DNA of 62,134 nt, filler included, from Chiloscyllium plagiosum (lineage: Eukaryota): NCBI RefSeq assembly GCF_004010195.1. It is 5 parts of one record of this genome, joined end to end, with 100 filler letters (N's around TTAATTAATTAA, not from the genome) between each part and the next. Parts side by side here need not be neighbours in the genome. Positions count along the whole stretch, not along the records: positions 50,978 to 57,671 come from NC_057716.1; positions 57,772 to 62,134 come from NC_057716.1; 3 more parts are not named here. One strand, 5' to 3'. Made by a program: the position numbers and the translations under genes. The notes beneath the pieces were generated by a model, which did no database searches, was not told where the DNA came from, and worked only from the letters and a program-made list of their open reading frames with translations. Below are positions 51,566-62,134 of the stretch, one piece after another (positions within the stretch are counted from its first letter, which is position 1; each line of letters opens with the position of its first letter).

Positions 51566-52447
51566 TATTATGACATGGGTTAAACTTTCCTGCTTAATTT
51601 AAAACCAACACAGAATAGGTTAATCCCATGCAGTAATCTGTTAAACTTTGAGTAGCCAAGAACTATGTAAAGTAAAAATTAACAACTTTATTTCTTAAAG
51701 TATACCAGAGAATAATTAACTAACCACTATTTATAATTTCTTTCTCTAACCTATCTTTTACCTTCCTTTCTATACCAGTTCGATAAAACCCCCAATTAGG
51801 ATTTACAAAACAACACTTCTTATCTCAAAACCAGGCAGCTGTAGATTCTTGCTGAAAATATGTTGCTGGAAAAGCGCAGCAGGTCAGGCAGCATCCAAGT
51901 ACTGGAGATCAGAGCTGAAAATGTGTTGCTGGAAAAGCGCAGCAGGTCAGGCAGCATCCAAGGTTGGAGATCAGAGCTGAAAATGCTCTGCAGCTTATCT
52001 GCAGTCCTCACTTTCTCCTAGCTGTAGATTATTGTCTTCCGATCTTCCTGTGTCTTCTTTGCTCCTTGTTAGGAAATTCTGCATCACAGGATCAAAAAGG
52101 TACTTTTAAGAGAGACTTTTTTTCAAGTAGTCTGTTACATGCTAGGACTTGGCAGTTCTCTTCTCCACTGTTCAATTTTCCCCCAATCTTATACCCCAGA
52201 GCATCGGATTGTGTGAGTGGCTTTTAAGATTGTCAATATACTCAATTCAAACTTGATTGGAAATTGGTATTTTTTCAGCGTATAATTTACATGGATTGGT
52301 TGAATTTGAGTTTGTTTTTTTTTGTCTCCAGGCAACGTAATAATTGAGTTGTTTGACCCAGTGTTACATTTTTTGCCTTATTGAGAACACTTGGTGCTGT
52401 GTCAGGTAGTTCTGCTGCTTTTAACTCTCTTAAAGGTCTTCATAACA
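51566..52447 (-). mobile_element. 3' LTR of the gypsy element
   Basis: Inverted termini TATTATGA...TCATAACA; polypurine tract AAGGGGGAGA immediately upstream on the minus strand (52448-52457). Confidence 0.8.
51848..52019. repeat. tandem 62-63-bp PLE-terminus units inserted in the LTR
   Basis: Units start at 51851, 51914 and 51976; TSD AGCTGTAGATT at 51837-51847 and 52020-52030. Confidence 0.88.
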
Positions 52448-55400
52448 TCTCCCCCTTAAGAGAAAATGAACCATTATAATGAAAAGATGGCTTCATTTAT
52501 TTTTTTCTACCTTTTAAACATATTACCCTCACAAAACGATAACTTTCATATATGTTCTCCTTAACTTCTTCCCACATACCTATATATATATGACAAATCT
52601 CATCTAAACCCTATCAGTTAAATCCGCGATAACGCGTCTGCGATTACATTCTTCTGACCTGCAAGATGTATGATTTTTAAATTAAAAGTCTGTAACATAA
52701 GACTCCAATGAAATAGTCTCATATTCTTACCTTTACAACGTTCTAAGAATGTAAGCAGCTTGTGGTCAAGCAGCTTTCAAGCTTGCTGCTGGAAAGGCAA
52801 TGGTCCCTATCTGTTCCCATAAGCAAATGAAGTTGTTTTCATTTTTTTTTGTTAATTTGTGCCATCCTTAATCATTTTGAAGGCTTTCCAATCTGTGATG
52901 GTCCCACATTGAACAATGAGTGGATGTTAGACTCCACTGGCCATTGCACTCCCTTAGACAGGCTTTTAAGGTGGGATGGCACGAAGGATGAGTGCAAACA
53001 ATTGTCTCTGACACATTGTTCGTGACATATACATTAAAATGCTGTAAGGACAGTACCAAACTCAATAGTCCCCTTTCAATTGTGCAGATCAACATCCTCT
53101 GGTGGAAGTTGATCTTCTTTGAAAAGTAACCAACTGGCAGTTCAATCCCATACTCATTTTCCTGTAGGAGTACAACTCCAATGTTACTATCATCGATGGC
53201 AATTTTAAAATGTTTTGAAAAGTTTGGTGTAGCTAAAGCTGATTTGGTGGTTAATATCGATTTCAAATGGTAGAATGCCTTCTGGCATGGTCTATCCACC
53301 GACACTTTGTGTTCTTCTTCAGCAAATTGGTTAATGGTGCCACTACATTGCTGAAGTTTGGAACAAACTTCCGATAGAATCCACTGAGTCCTAAGAATTA
53401 AAGCACCTCTTTCCTCGAGGTTGGTTGTGGATATTTCTCGATAGCCTTTATCTTTGCGTTCCGTGGGGTCAACCTTCCATGACCAATTGTATGTCCTAAG
53501 AACATAGAGTCATAGAGATGTACAGCATGGAAACAGACCTTTCGGTCCAACCCGTCCATGCCGACCAGATATTCCAACGCAATCTAGTCCCACCTGCCAG
53601 CACCCGGCCCATATCCCTCCAAACCCCTCCTATTCATATACCCATCCAAATGCCTCTTAAATGTTGCAATTGTACCAGCCTCCACCTCTTGCTCTGGCAG
53701 CTCATTCCATACAGGTACCACCCTCTGTGTGAAAAAGTTGCCCCATAGGTCTCTTTTATAGCTTTCCCCTCTCACCACAAAACCTATGCCCTCTAATTCT
53801 GGACTCCCTGACCCCAGGGAAAAGACTTTGCCTATTTACCCTATCCATGCCCCTCATAATTTTGTAAATCTCTATAAGGTCACCCCTCAGCCTCTGACAC
53901 TACAGGGAAACAGCCCCAGCCTTTCCAGCCTCTCCCTATAGCTCAAATCCTTTAACCCTGGCAACATCCTTGTAAATCTTTTCGAACCCTTTCAAGTTTC
54001 ACATCTTTCCAATAGGAAGGATACCAGAATTGCACACAATATTCCAACAGTGGCCTAACCTATGACTTGTACAGCCGAATTCCATATTATTTAAGATTAT
54101 CACCAGTTTTGCTTCTCGTAGTCGTTCAAAGAGTTCTGCCAACTGTACCATGTGATCTTTCCAGGCCTTATTAAAGATCACTACATTGTCCAAATAGATT
54201 GCACAGTTTGTTAACTCAGCCACAACTTTATTCATGAGTCTTTGGAATATGGCGGGCACATTCTTCATTCCAAAGGGCATCACTTTAAACTGATATAGCC
54301 CATTTGGAGTTACAAATGCAGAAATTTCTTTCGGCATCTCTGATAAAGGTACCTGCCAGTAATCACGCATTAAGTTCAACTTGGTGATGTACCTGGCTTG
54401 TCTGGCTTTCTCAATACAGTCCTCCCAATTGGATATGATTCCGAATTTGTAATGACGTTGACCTTCCGATAATCCATGTAGAATCGTTGAGTCCTGTCTG
54501 GTTTGGGAACTAAGACGATCGGCGAACTCCGTTCGCTCTGGTTTGGTTCGATGATGTTCTTGTCAAGCATGGCGTCCACCTCCATCTGGACCTGTCTGTC
54601 TTTGAAAGGATTAAGCCGATAGGGGTGTTGTTTTATCGGAGCAGTATTCTCTATGTCTACTTCATGTACATTAGCATTAGTCCTCCCCATCTGATTCTTA
54701 CATATGTCCTTTTACTGTCGTAACAAATCTTTCAACTCTGTTCTATGCTCCTGAGACAGATAGTTTAGTTACCTTTCCCAATCCTCAAGGACTTCTTCAT
54801 TTTTTAATCTATTTTGAGGCACCTCAAAACCCATATCATCTGGATTTGATTCCTCACTCTGTGGGGTAGTACTAACACCTGTTTCTCCAGTTCTTTCTCT
54901 CTAGTGTAATAGTTTCAACATGTTCACATGACATATCCGATACCTTTTTTCTCTATCTGGCATCTTTACTTAAATGGTTCACCTGACTCAACTTTTTCTC
55001 AATTTGATAGGGACTACTATACCTGGCTTTGAAGAGATCTCCTATCTTGGTAACAGTACTAACACGTTATCACCTTGGGAAAATGTCTGAGCCTTAGAGT
55101 TGTAATCTGCTACCTTGCTTCAATCTACACTGTGCCCTCTTTAGGTGCTGTTTAACTAACTCATCTACTCAATTTAATCTCTCCCTCACATCCAATGCAT
55201 AGTCTAAGTGTGACATCTCTGACTTTGGTCCTGTCAATTTTTCTTTAATTAATTTCAAAGGGTCTCTCACTTCATGGCCGAATATTAACTCAAAGGGAGT
55301 GAACTGAGTAGATTAGTTTGGGGCATCTCTAATGGCAAACAATACGAATGGGATACCTTTATCCCAAGCATTCGGGTAATCCTGACAGTATGCTCTCAAC

Positions 55401-57520
55401 ATGGTCTTCAAGATCTGATGCCAGCTGTCTAATGCGCCCTGGGATTCAGGATGATACGTACTGGATTTAAAATGCTGTATACCTAAGCTATCCATAACCT
55501 CCTTAAACAGCCTTGGTCCGACACAGCCCATCCTGACTGAAGATAGCTACTAACCCCTCTGCCACCTTTTTTGCCTTGAAACTCCATAACGGAATTGCCT
55601 CCAGAAATCTGGTATGCACATCCATTATGGTTAACAAGTACTGGTTCTCACTTTTAGTTCTCAGGAGGGGACTCCACAATCAATTATAACCCACGTGAAA
55701 GGTTCTTCAAATGCAGTAATTTGTAACAAAGGTGCTGATTTTATTATCACCTGTGACTTACCTACCATTTGGCATGTGTGACATGTACGGGAAACGTTAA
55801 CCACATCCTTGTGCATTCCAGGCCAATAAAAATGTTTTTGTACCTTAGCCTGAGTCTTTTGTACCGGTAGGTGACCTCTGACAGATAGTTCATGTGCTAC
55901 CCGTAACACTTCCTGTCCGTATGCTACTGGCAACACAATCTAGTGCACCTCGGCCCATTTCTCCTCTGCACTAATCTCCCGCGGTCTCCATTTCTGTTTG
56001 AGGATTCTATCTTTCAGATAATAACCCTCCAAATATTCTCTGCCTCCTTTTCAGTGTACACATCCACATTTATATCTTTTTTACATCAAACAGGGTATCC
56101 GCATGCTGAACCTCAACTCCTTCATCTTTCTCTTTACTTTTCACTTCGTGCTGTGACTTATGATAGTGGGATCTGGTTACCACACAGTCTGGGAAAAAAA
56201 CCAGGATATTTCTGTTTTAACTTCTCAGTTGCTCGGTCATCCCTCGGCTTCTCCACAACAAGGGGTGGCACTCCCACCTGGGATCCTGCCAAATCATCCC
56301 AAAGAACAAACTGAATTTCTGGAACTGACACGCTGTCAATCACTCCCACTGTAACTTTCCCAATCTTAAGTTGGCACTCCAATCTGATCTTACATAGGGG
56401 AACGCTAAATTTCTGTCTATCTATCCCACAAATTACCACACTCTCATGTAACAGATCAAAAAAGTACATATTCGCTCATCTCTTACTATCAGCGACTTGT
56501 TAGATCCTGTATCTATCAAAATTATAACTTCTTGTCCTTCTCCCCCTATTCTTTCTCAGTAAACTTTACCCACAGAGGCAAATTCTTTGCAGAGATCAGG
56601 TACTAACTCCATACCCTGCCCCTGCCTAGGCTGTGCACTCTCCTGCAGCTCCTCCTTGGGGTCTCTGCTACTACCTTCACTCATGCCATTGGCTTAGCTT
56701 CTTTTACCATATCTTTAACGACCAGCACTGTGTCTTTACATGTCCCACTTTACCACAGTGGAAACACCACCTCCTTGGGCTTCTTTTTTATCTTGTGGTA
56801 AAATCTTACCACTGCTCACTACTCTTGGTTTTGTCGTGTAGGATCTCCCTTTCTCCCGACTTCTATCCCTCACAGGACAACATTCTGGCTGGAAGCTTGT
56901 CTTACGCACCAGCATGTACTCATCTGCTATTTCTGCTGTCCTTCTCACTTTCTGTTCCTCCATGTGAGTTCTTACCATCTCTGGAAGTGAGTTTTTATAC
57001 TCCTCCAGCAGAATAATCTCTCTGTAAGTCTCAAATGTCCTATCTATTTTCAAAACATGCATCCATTGATCAAAATAACAAGGTTTAATTCTTTCAAACT
57101 CAACCGTAAGTCTGACCTGGTTCCTTCTTTGTGTTTCTGAACTGCTGTCTCTAGGCTTCTGGTACCAATTCATAAGCACTTAAAATAGCCTGATTAACTG
57201 CTTCATAATCTCTTGACACCTCATCTGACAATGGAGCAAATACCGCAATAGCTCTGCCTACCAGTTTAATCTGAATTACTATTACCCATCAATCCTCGGA
57301 CCACTCCATCTGCCTAGCCAATTTTTCGAATGCATTAAAGATGGCTTCAACATCTTTCTCATCAAAATGTGGCAGAGTTTTGACATATTTATATAAATCA
57401 TTACCTTCTCTTTTAATCTCCATCCTATTAACTTGACTTTGCTGACTAAGTCGCAACTTCTCAAGATCAAATTCTCTTTCTCTCTTCCTTTGCTCAGCCA
57501 AGAACATTCTCTCTCTCTTT
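52448..57520 (-). mobile_element. Gmr1-like Ty3/gypsy LTR retrotransposon internal region (pseudogenised gag-pol)
   Basis: In minus-strand order: gag (LPHFDEKDVEAIFNAFEK; IILLEEYKNSLP), CCHC knuckle CFHCGKVGHVKTQC (about 56725-56766), protease ILIDTGS (about 56500-56522), integrase HHCC and YHPESQGALD (55313-55936), RT PIKQHPYR...MPFGMKN...YLDN (53999-54690), RNase H PVGYFSKK (52868-53305); many stops and frameshifts. Confidence 0.93.
53503..54075 (-). mobile_element. CR1 3' end inserted into the gypsy RT
   Basis: (catagagt)n tail; ORF 53584-53778 FFTQRVVPVWNELP; splits RT between EFG and FLGHTIG. Confidence 0.92.
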
Positions 57521-57671
57521 AGAGTCATAGAGATGTACAGCATGGAAACAGACCCTTCGGTCCAACCCGTCTATGCCAACCCAATCTAGTCCCACCTGCC
57601 AGCACCCGGCCCATATCCCTCCAAACCCTTCCTATTCATATACCCATCCAAATGCCTCTTAAATGTTGCAA
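57520..57671 (-). mobile_element. CR1 3' tail inserted into gypsy gag
   Basis: tagagtcatagagatgtacagcatggaaacagaccc, as at 53503 and 59117. Confidence 0.9.
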
Positions 57672-57771
57672 NNNNNNNNNNNNNNNNNNNNNNNNNNNNN
57701 NNNNNNNNNNNNNNNTTAATTAATTAANNNNNNNNNNNNNNNNNNNNNNNNNNNNNNNNNNNNNNNNNNNN
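57672..57771. other. artificial gap spacer
   Basis: N44-TTAATTAATTAA-N44. Confidence 0.97.
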
Positions 57772-58942
57772 TATAACTCTCAATCGCCCTAATTGAACCT
57801 TCACGTCTCATCTTGAGATAGGCCGCCCTCTTCCATTTAACAAGGGATTCCAATTCCTTATTAAACCACGGCTCCCTCGCATGACCCTTTCCTCCCTGCC
57901 TGACAGGTACATAATTATCAAGGACACTCAATATTTGCTTCTTGAACAAGCTCCACATATCATTTACATTCTTGCCTTGGAGTCTACTTTTCCAAGCCAC
58001 GCATCCTAAGTCATGCCTCACCGCATCACAATTTCCCTGACTCCAGCTATAACTCTTGCCCTGTAGTACACACTTATCCCTCTCCATCACGAGAGTAAAA
58101 ATCACTGAATTATGGTCACTATCCCCAAAGTGCTCACCTACCTCTAATTCTAACACCTGGCCTGGTTCGTTACCCAGAACCAAATCCAGTATGGCCTCAC
58201 CTCTTGTTGGCCTGTCTACATATTGTGTCAGGAAACTCTCCTGCACACATTGAACAAACACTGACCCATCTAACGAACTTGAGCTATAGCTTTCCCAATC
58301 AATATCAGGGCAAGTTAAAGTCCCCCATAACAACCACCCTATTACTGTCACTCATCTCCTGAATCACCTTCCCTATCCTTTCTTCAATGATTCTAGGGCT
58401 ATTAGGAGGCCTGTAAAAGACTCCTTACAGGGTGACCTCACCTTTCCTATTCCTAACCTCCGCCCAAACTACCTCAGATGGCGAGTCTTCATCCATCGTC
58501 CTTTCCACCGCTGTAATACTATCTTTGACAAGCAATGCCACACCTCCCCCTCTTTTACCCCCACCTCTGACCCTACTAAAAAATTTAAACCCTGGGACCT
58601 GCAACAGCCAATCCTGTCCCTGTTCTACCCATGTCTCCGTAATAGCCACAACATCGAAGTCGCAGGTACCAACCCACGCTGCAAGTTCTCCTACCTTATT
58701 TCGTATACTTCTTGCATTGAAGTATACACACTTCAAGCCACTTTCCTGTTTACAGGCACTCTCCTTTGAAATTGATGCCATGTTCCTAACCTCCCTACAC
58801 TCCAGGTCCTGCACCCTAAAGCTACAGTCTGGGTTCCCATGCCCCTGCAGAGTTTGTTTAAACCCCCCCCAAGAGCACTAGCAAACCTCCCCCCAAGGAT
58901 ACTGGTGCCCCTCAGGTTCAGGTGCAGACCATCCTGTTTATA
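57772..58942 (-). mobile_element. CR1 LINE: ORF1 esterase C-terminus plus ORF2 APE endonuclease
   Basis: ORF1 end YKQDGLHLNLRG (SGNH DxxH); ORF2 CVYFNARSIRNK...VVAITETW...GGGVALLVK...PTRGEAILDLVL...GDSDHN. Confidence 0.95.
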
Positions 58943-58952
58943 ACAAACGCAC

Positions 58953-59027
58953 CGTCCCTGGATGGTCACGAACCACCAACCTTCCGGTTAACAGCCGTTC
59001 ACTTGGAGTTACTAAGTATGCAGGGAC
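58953..59027 (-). pseudogene. tRNA-Asn(GTT)-like sequence
   Basis: Minus strand 3' part CGGCTGTTAACCGGAAGGTTGGTGGTTCGTGACCATCCAGGGACG closely matches vertebrate tRNA-Asn; 7-bp acceptor stem GTCCCTG/CAGGGAC; D arm unrelated and box A absent. Confidence 0.75.
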
Positions 59028-59116
59028 TATGTCGTGAGAAGTTGAGTGCATTGGAATTTTAACATGAGAATAAATTTATTGAAACATACAACATTTTTGG
59101 AGGACTTGACAGGATA

Positions 59117-59715
59117 GAGTCATAGAGTGATAGAGATGTACAGCACGGAAACAGACCTTTCACTCCAATCCGTCCATGCCGACCAGCTATCCCAACCCAA
59201 TCTAGTCCCACCTGCCAGCACCCGGCCCATATCCCTCCAAACCCTTCCTATTCATATACCCATCCAAATGCCTTTTAAATGTTGCAATTGTACTCGCCTA
59301 CACCACTTCCTCTGGCAGCTCATTCCACACATGTACCACCCTCTGTGTGAAAAAGTTGCCCCTTAGGTCTCTTTTATATCTTTCCCCTCTCACCCTAAAC
59401 CTATGCCTTCTAGTTCTGGACTCCTCGACCCCAGGGAAAAGACTGTCTATTTACCCTATCCATGTCACTCATGATTTTGTAAACCTCTATAAGGTCACCC
59501 CTTAGCCTCTGACGCTCCAGGGAACACAGCCCTAGCCTGTTCAGCCTCTATCTAGAGCTCAAATCCTTCAACCCTGGTAACATCCTTGTCAGTCTTTTTG
59601 AACTCTTTCAAGTTTCGCAACATCTTTCCTATAGGAAGGAGACCAGAATTGCACGCAATATTCCAACAGTGGCCTAACCAATGTCCTGTACAGCCACGCC
59701 ATGACCTCCCAACTC
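59117..59715 (-). mobile_element. CR1 3' end with TSD, nested in an older plus-strand CR1 (about 59050-60080)
   Basis: [34 protein letters not shown] at 59110-59116 and 59716-59722. Confidence 0.92.
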
Positions 59716-60257
59716 CAGGATAAATGCAGAACGATTGTTTCCCCTTGGGGCGAGTCTAGGATCAGAGAGCATGATCTCAGAATGAGGGATTTTGTATTTA
59801 ACACAGAGATGAGAACTTGCTTTTAAGTGATTGCTTTTATGATGAAAAAAACATTCCACAATCCTTCAAAAATGAACATGCGGGAAATGTACACCTGGGA
59901 TGAGGGAGTGATGAGGAAAATGGTCCCTGAGAAAGGTTTTGAGGGTAGGTGGTTTTGGCCAGGGACAAGGACAGGGCAAGAAAGTGAAGGTGGGGAATAT
60001 TGATTCAGTCACGATCTTATTGATTGGCAGAGCACACTCGAAGGTGTGAACAGCCTACACTTTTCCTATTTCTTATGGTCTTTGGACGTCTGGAAGCAAT
60101 GTCTCAACAGCTGAAGGCTATCGCAGTGTTGAGCTGCAAGAGTGAAGTTGGCCAAAGTAAAAAGAAAACTGTAGGGCTGGGAGGATTGGAGATTTATGAC
60201 AGGATAAGGAAACAAGGATATGTGGATAAGTGCTAGAATTTTAAACAAACATTTTGA

Positions 60258-60420
60258 AAAATGCTAGAGAAACTCAGCAGATCTACAGGTTGCACAGGCT
60301 GGCGCAACATCGAGGGCTAAAAGGCCTGTAATGTGCTGTAATGTTCTATAAATGTCTGGCAGCATCTGTCTGGAGGGAAATAGTTATGTTTCGAGAAAGA
60401 TTTGACTCTTCTTCAGGACT
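60258..60420 (-). mobile_element. family C PLE-type terminal element with hammerhead-like core, interrupted by a short CR1 tail
   Basis: Minus strand CTGAAGA-A-GAG-tcaaatcttt-CTC-GAAA-CATA (about 60385-60416). Confidence 0.6.
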
Positions 60421-61057
60421 AGGACTATATGAACTTTATGCTGAATAATGAGAATTCAGTATTGACCTTGATATGTAAGCAGCAATTATTGAAGGATGTG
60501 GTAATTGCAATAGAGATTTGCACAAATTTCAGCTGAGAGAGCATGTGTCGGAGGCTAATAAAGGTGGTGTATTCTACTGATAAGGCGGGAGGGACTAATG
60601 TAGAAAAGCAAGTGAGCAATGTTGCAAAGCTGGAAATAAGTGGTCTTGATGTATAGAATACAGGATACTTTCAGGTAAAGCTTTGGAGTTGAATATCATC
60701 TTATGTCTGTAAAATATTCGATAGGACTTACCATATGTATATAATATTGTTTTGCACTCAATGAGATCCCATAAATAATGATAAGGTAATGGTTAAGTTC
60801 ATATAGTTCTGTTGGTGTTGACTGAGGGAGGAACTTTGACCACAGGACAAAACAAAATACGTGATCCAAGTAATAATATAGAGAGCCTTTAGCAGCAACT
60901 AGAATATATGGAGTGTGGACTTCATGCAGTGTCTCATCTGAGAGACAAGAAACACAAATATTGCAAATCCTCTGTAAAGTTGTGCTGTATTGACAACATT
61001 GATGGTCTGAAATTTACAACCTCCAAATTAAGTGCTACAAAGTGTACAGGGTTGGTC

Positions 61058-61850
61058 ATAGAACATAGAACATAGAAGAATACAGCGCAGTACAGGCCCT
61101 TTGGCCCTCGATGTTGCGCCGATCCAAGCCCACCTAACCTATACTAACCCACTATCCTCCATATACCTATCCAATGCCCGCTTAAATGCCCATAAAGAGG
61201 GAGAGTCCACCACTGCTACTGGCAGGGCATTCCATGAACTTACGACTCGCTGAGTGAAGAACCTACCCCTAACTTCAGTCCTATATCTACCCCCCCCTTA
61301 ATTTAAAGCTATGCCCCCTTGAATAGCTGACTCCATACGTGGAAAAAGATTTTCACTGTCGACCCTATCTAAACCCCTAATCATCTTGTACACCTCAATC
61401 AAGTCACCCCTAAACCTTCTTTTCTCTAATGAAAACAGCCCCAAGTGTCTCAGTCTTTCCTCATACGATCTTCCTTCCATACCAGGCAACATCCTGGTAA
61501 ACCTCCTCTGCACCCGTTCCAGTGCCTCCACATCCTTCCTATAGTATGGCAACCAAAACTGCACACAATATTCCAGATGCGGCCGCACCAGAGTCTTATA
61601 CAACTGCATCATGACCTCAGGACTCCGGAACTCAATTCCTCTACCAATAAAAGCCAGTACGCCATATGCCTTCCTCACCGCACTATTTACCTGGGTGGCA
61701 ACTTTCAGAGATCTGTGTACATGGACACCAAGATCCCTCTGCTCATCCACACTACCAAGTATCCGACCATTAGCCCAGTACCCCATCTTTATGTTATTCT
61801 TCCCAAAGTGAATCACCTCACACGTAGCTACATTGAATTCCATTTGCCAC
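61058..61850 (-). mobile_element. young CR1 LINE 3' end
   Basis: ORF 61298-61843 MEFNVATCEVIHFG...QRDLGVHVHRSLK...[13 protein letters not shown]; (catagaa)n tail. Confidence 0.95.
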
Positions 61851-61854
61851 CTTT

Positions 61855-62134
61855 CATTATTGGGATTGTATTATAGACCCCCAATAGTCAGAGGGAAATT
61901 GAGAAACAAACTTGTAAGGAGATCTCAGCTATCTGTAAGAATAATAGGGTAGTTATGGTAGGGGATTTTAATTTTCCAAACATCGACTGGGACTGCTATA
62001 GTGTTAAAGGTTTAAATGGAGAGGAATATCTTAAGTGTGTACAAGACAATTTTCTGATTCAGTATGTGGATGTACCGACTAGAGAAAGTGCAAATCTTGA
62101 CCTACTCTTGGGAAATAAGGCAGGGCAGGTGACT
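61855..62134 (+). mobile_element. CR1 ORF2 endonuclease segment, running off the window
   Basis: Hand translation LGLYYRPPNSQREIEKQ...RVVMVGDFNFPNIDWD...PTRESANLDLLLGN. Confidence 0.92.

Noticed and set aside
51851..51985. CRISPR-like or satellite array
   Set aside because: Contiguous units without unique spacers, derived from the PLE terminus, in eukaryotic context

Overview
This is eukaryotic, AT-rich, repeat-dense DNA, almost certainly from a cartilaginous fish (shark): it carries V-SINE/HE1-type and Deu-type SINEs, many CR1/HER1-type LINE fragments and Penelope-like elements (PLEs). No host protein-coding exon can be supported; every recognisable ORF comes from a retroelement. Four 100-nt spacers (N44-TTAATTAATTAA-N44) split the window into five segments, so adjacency across them is unproven. 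The main points are as follows. (1) About a dozen minimal type-I hammerhead ribozyme motifs sit in short PLE termini from at least three families, including a near-perfect 110-bp fold-back insertion with a 14-bp TSD. (2) A decayed Gmr1-like Ty3/gypsy retrotransposon has the atypical order gag-PR-IN-RT-RH. (3) A 75-nt tRNA-Asn-like cloverleaf with an unrelated D arm abuts the truncated 5' end of a CR1. (4) Several small TSD-flanked templated insertions occur: an mRNA-like poly(A) end, a rearranged Tx1-like tail, tandem PLE ends and a locally copied 118-mer. All family names come from motif recognition, not database searches, and boundaries of old repeats are approximate.
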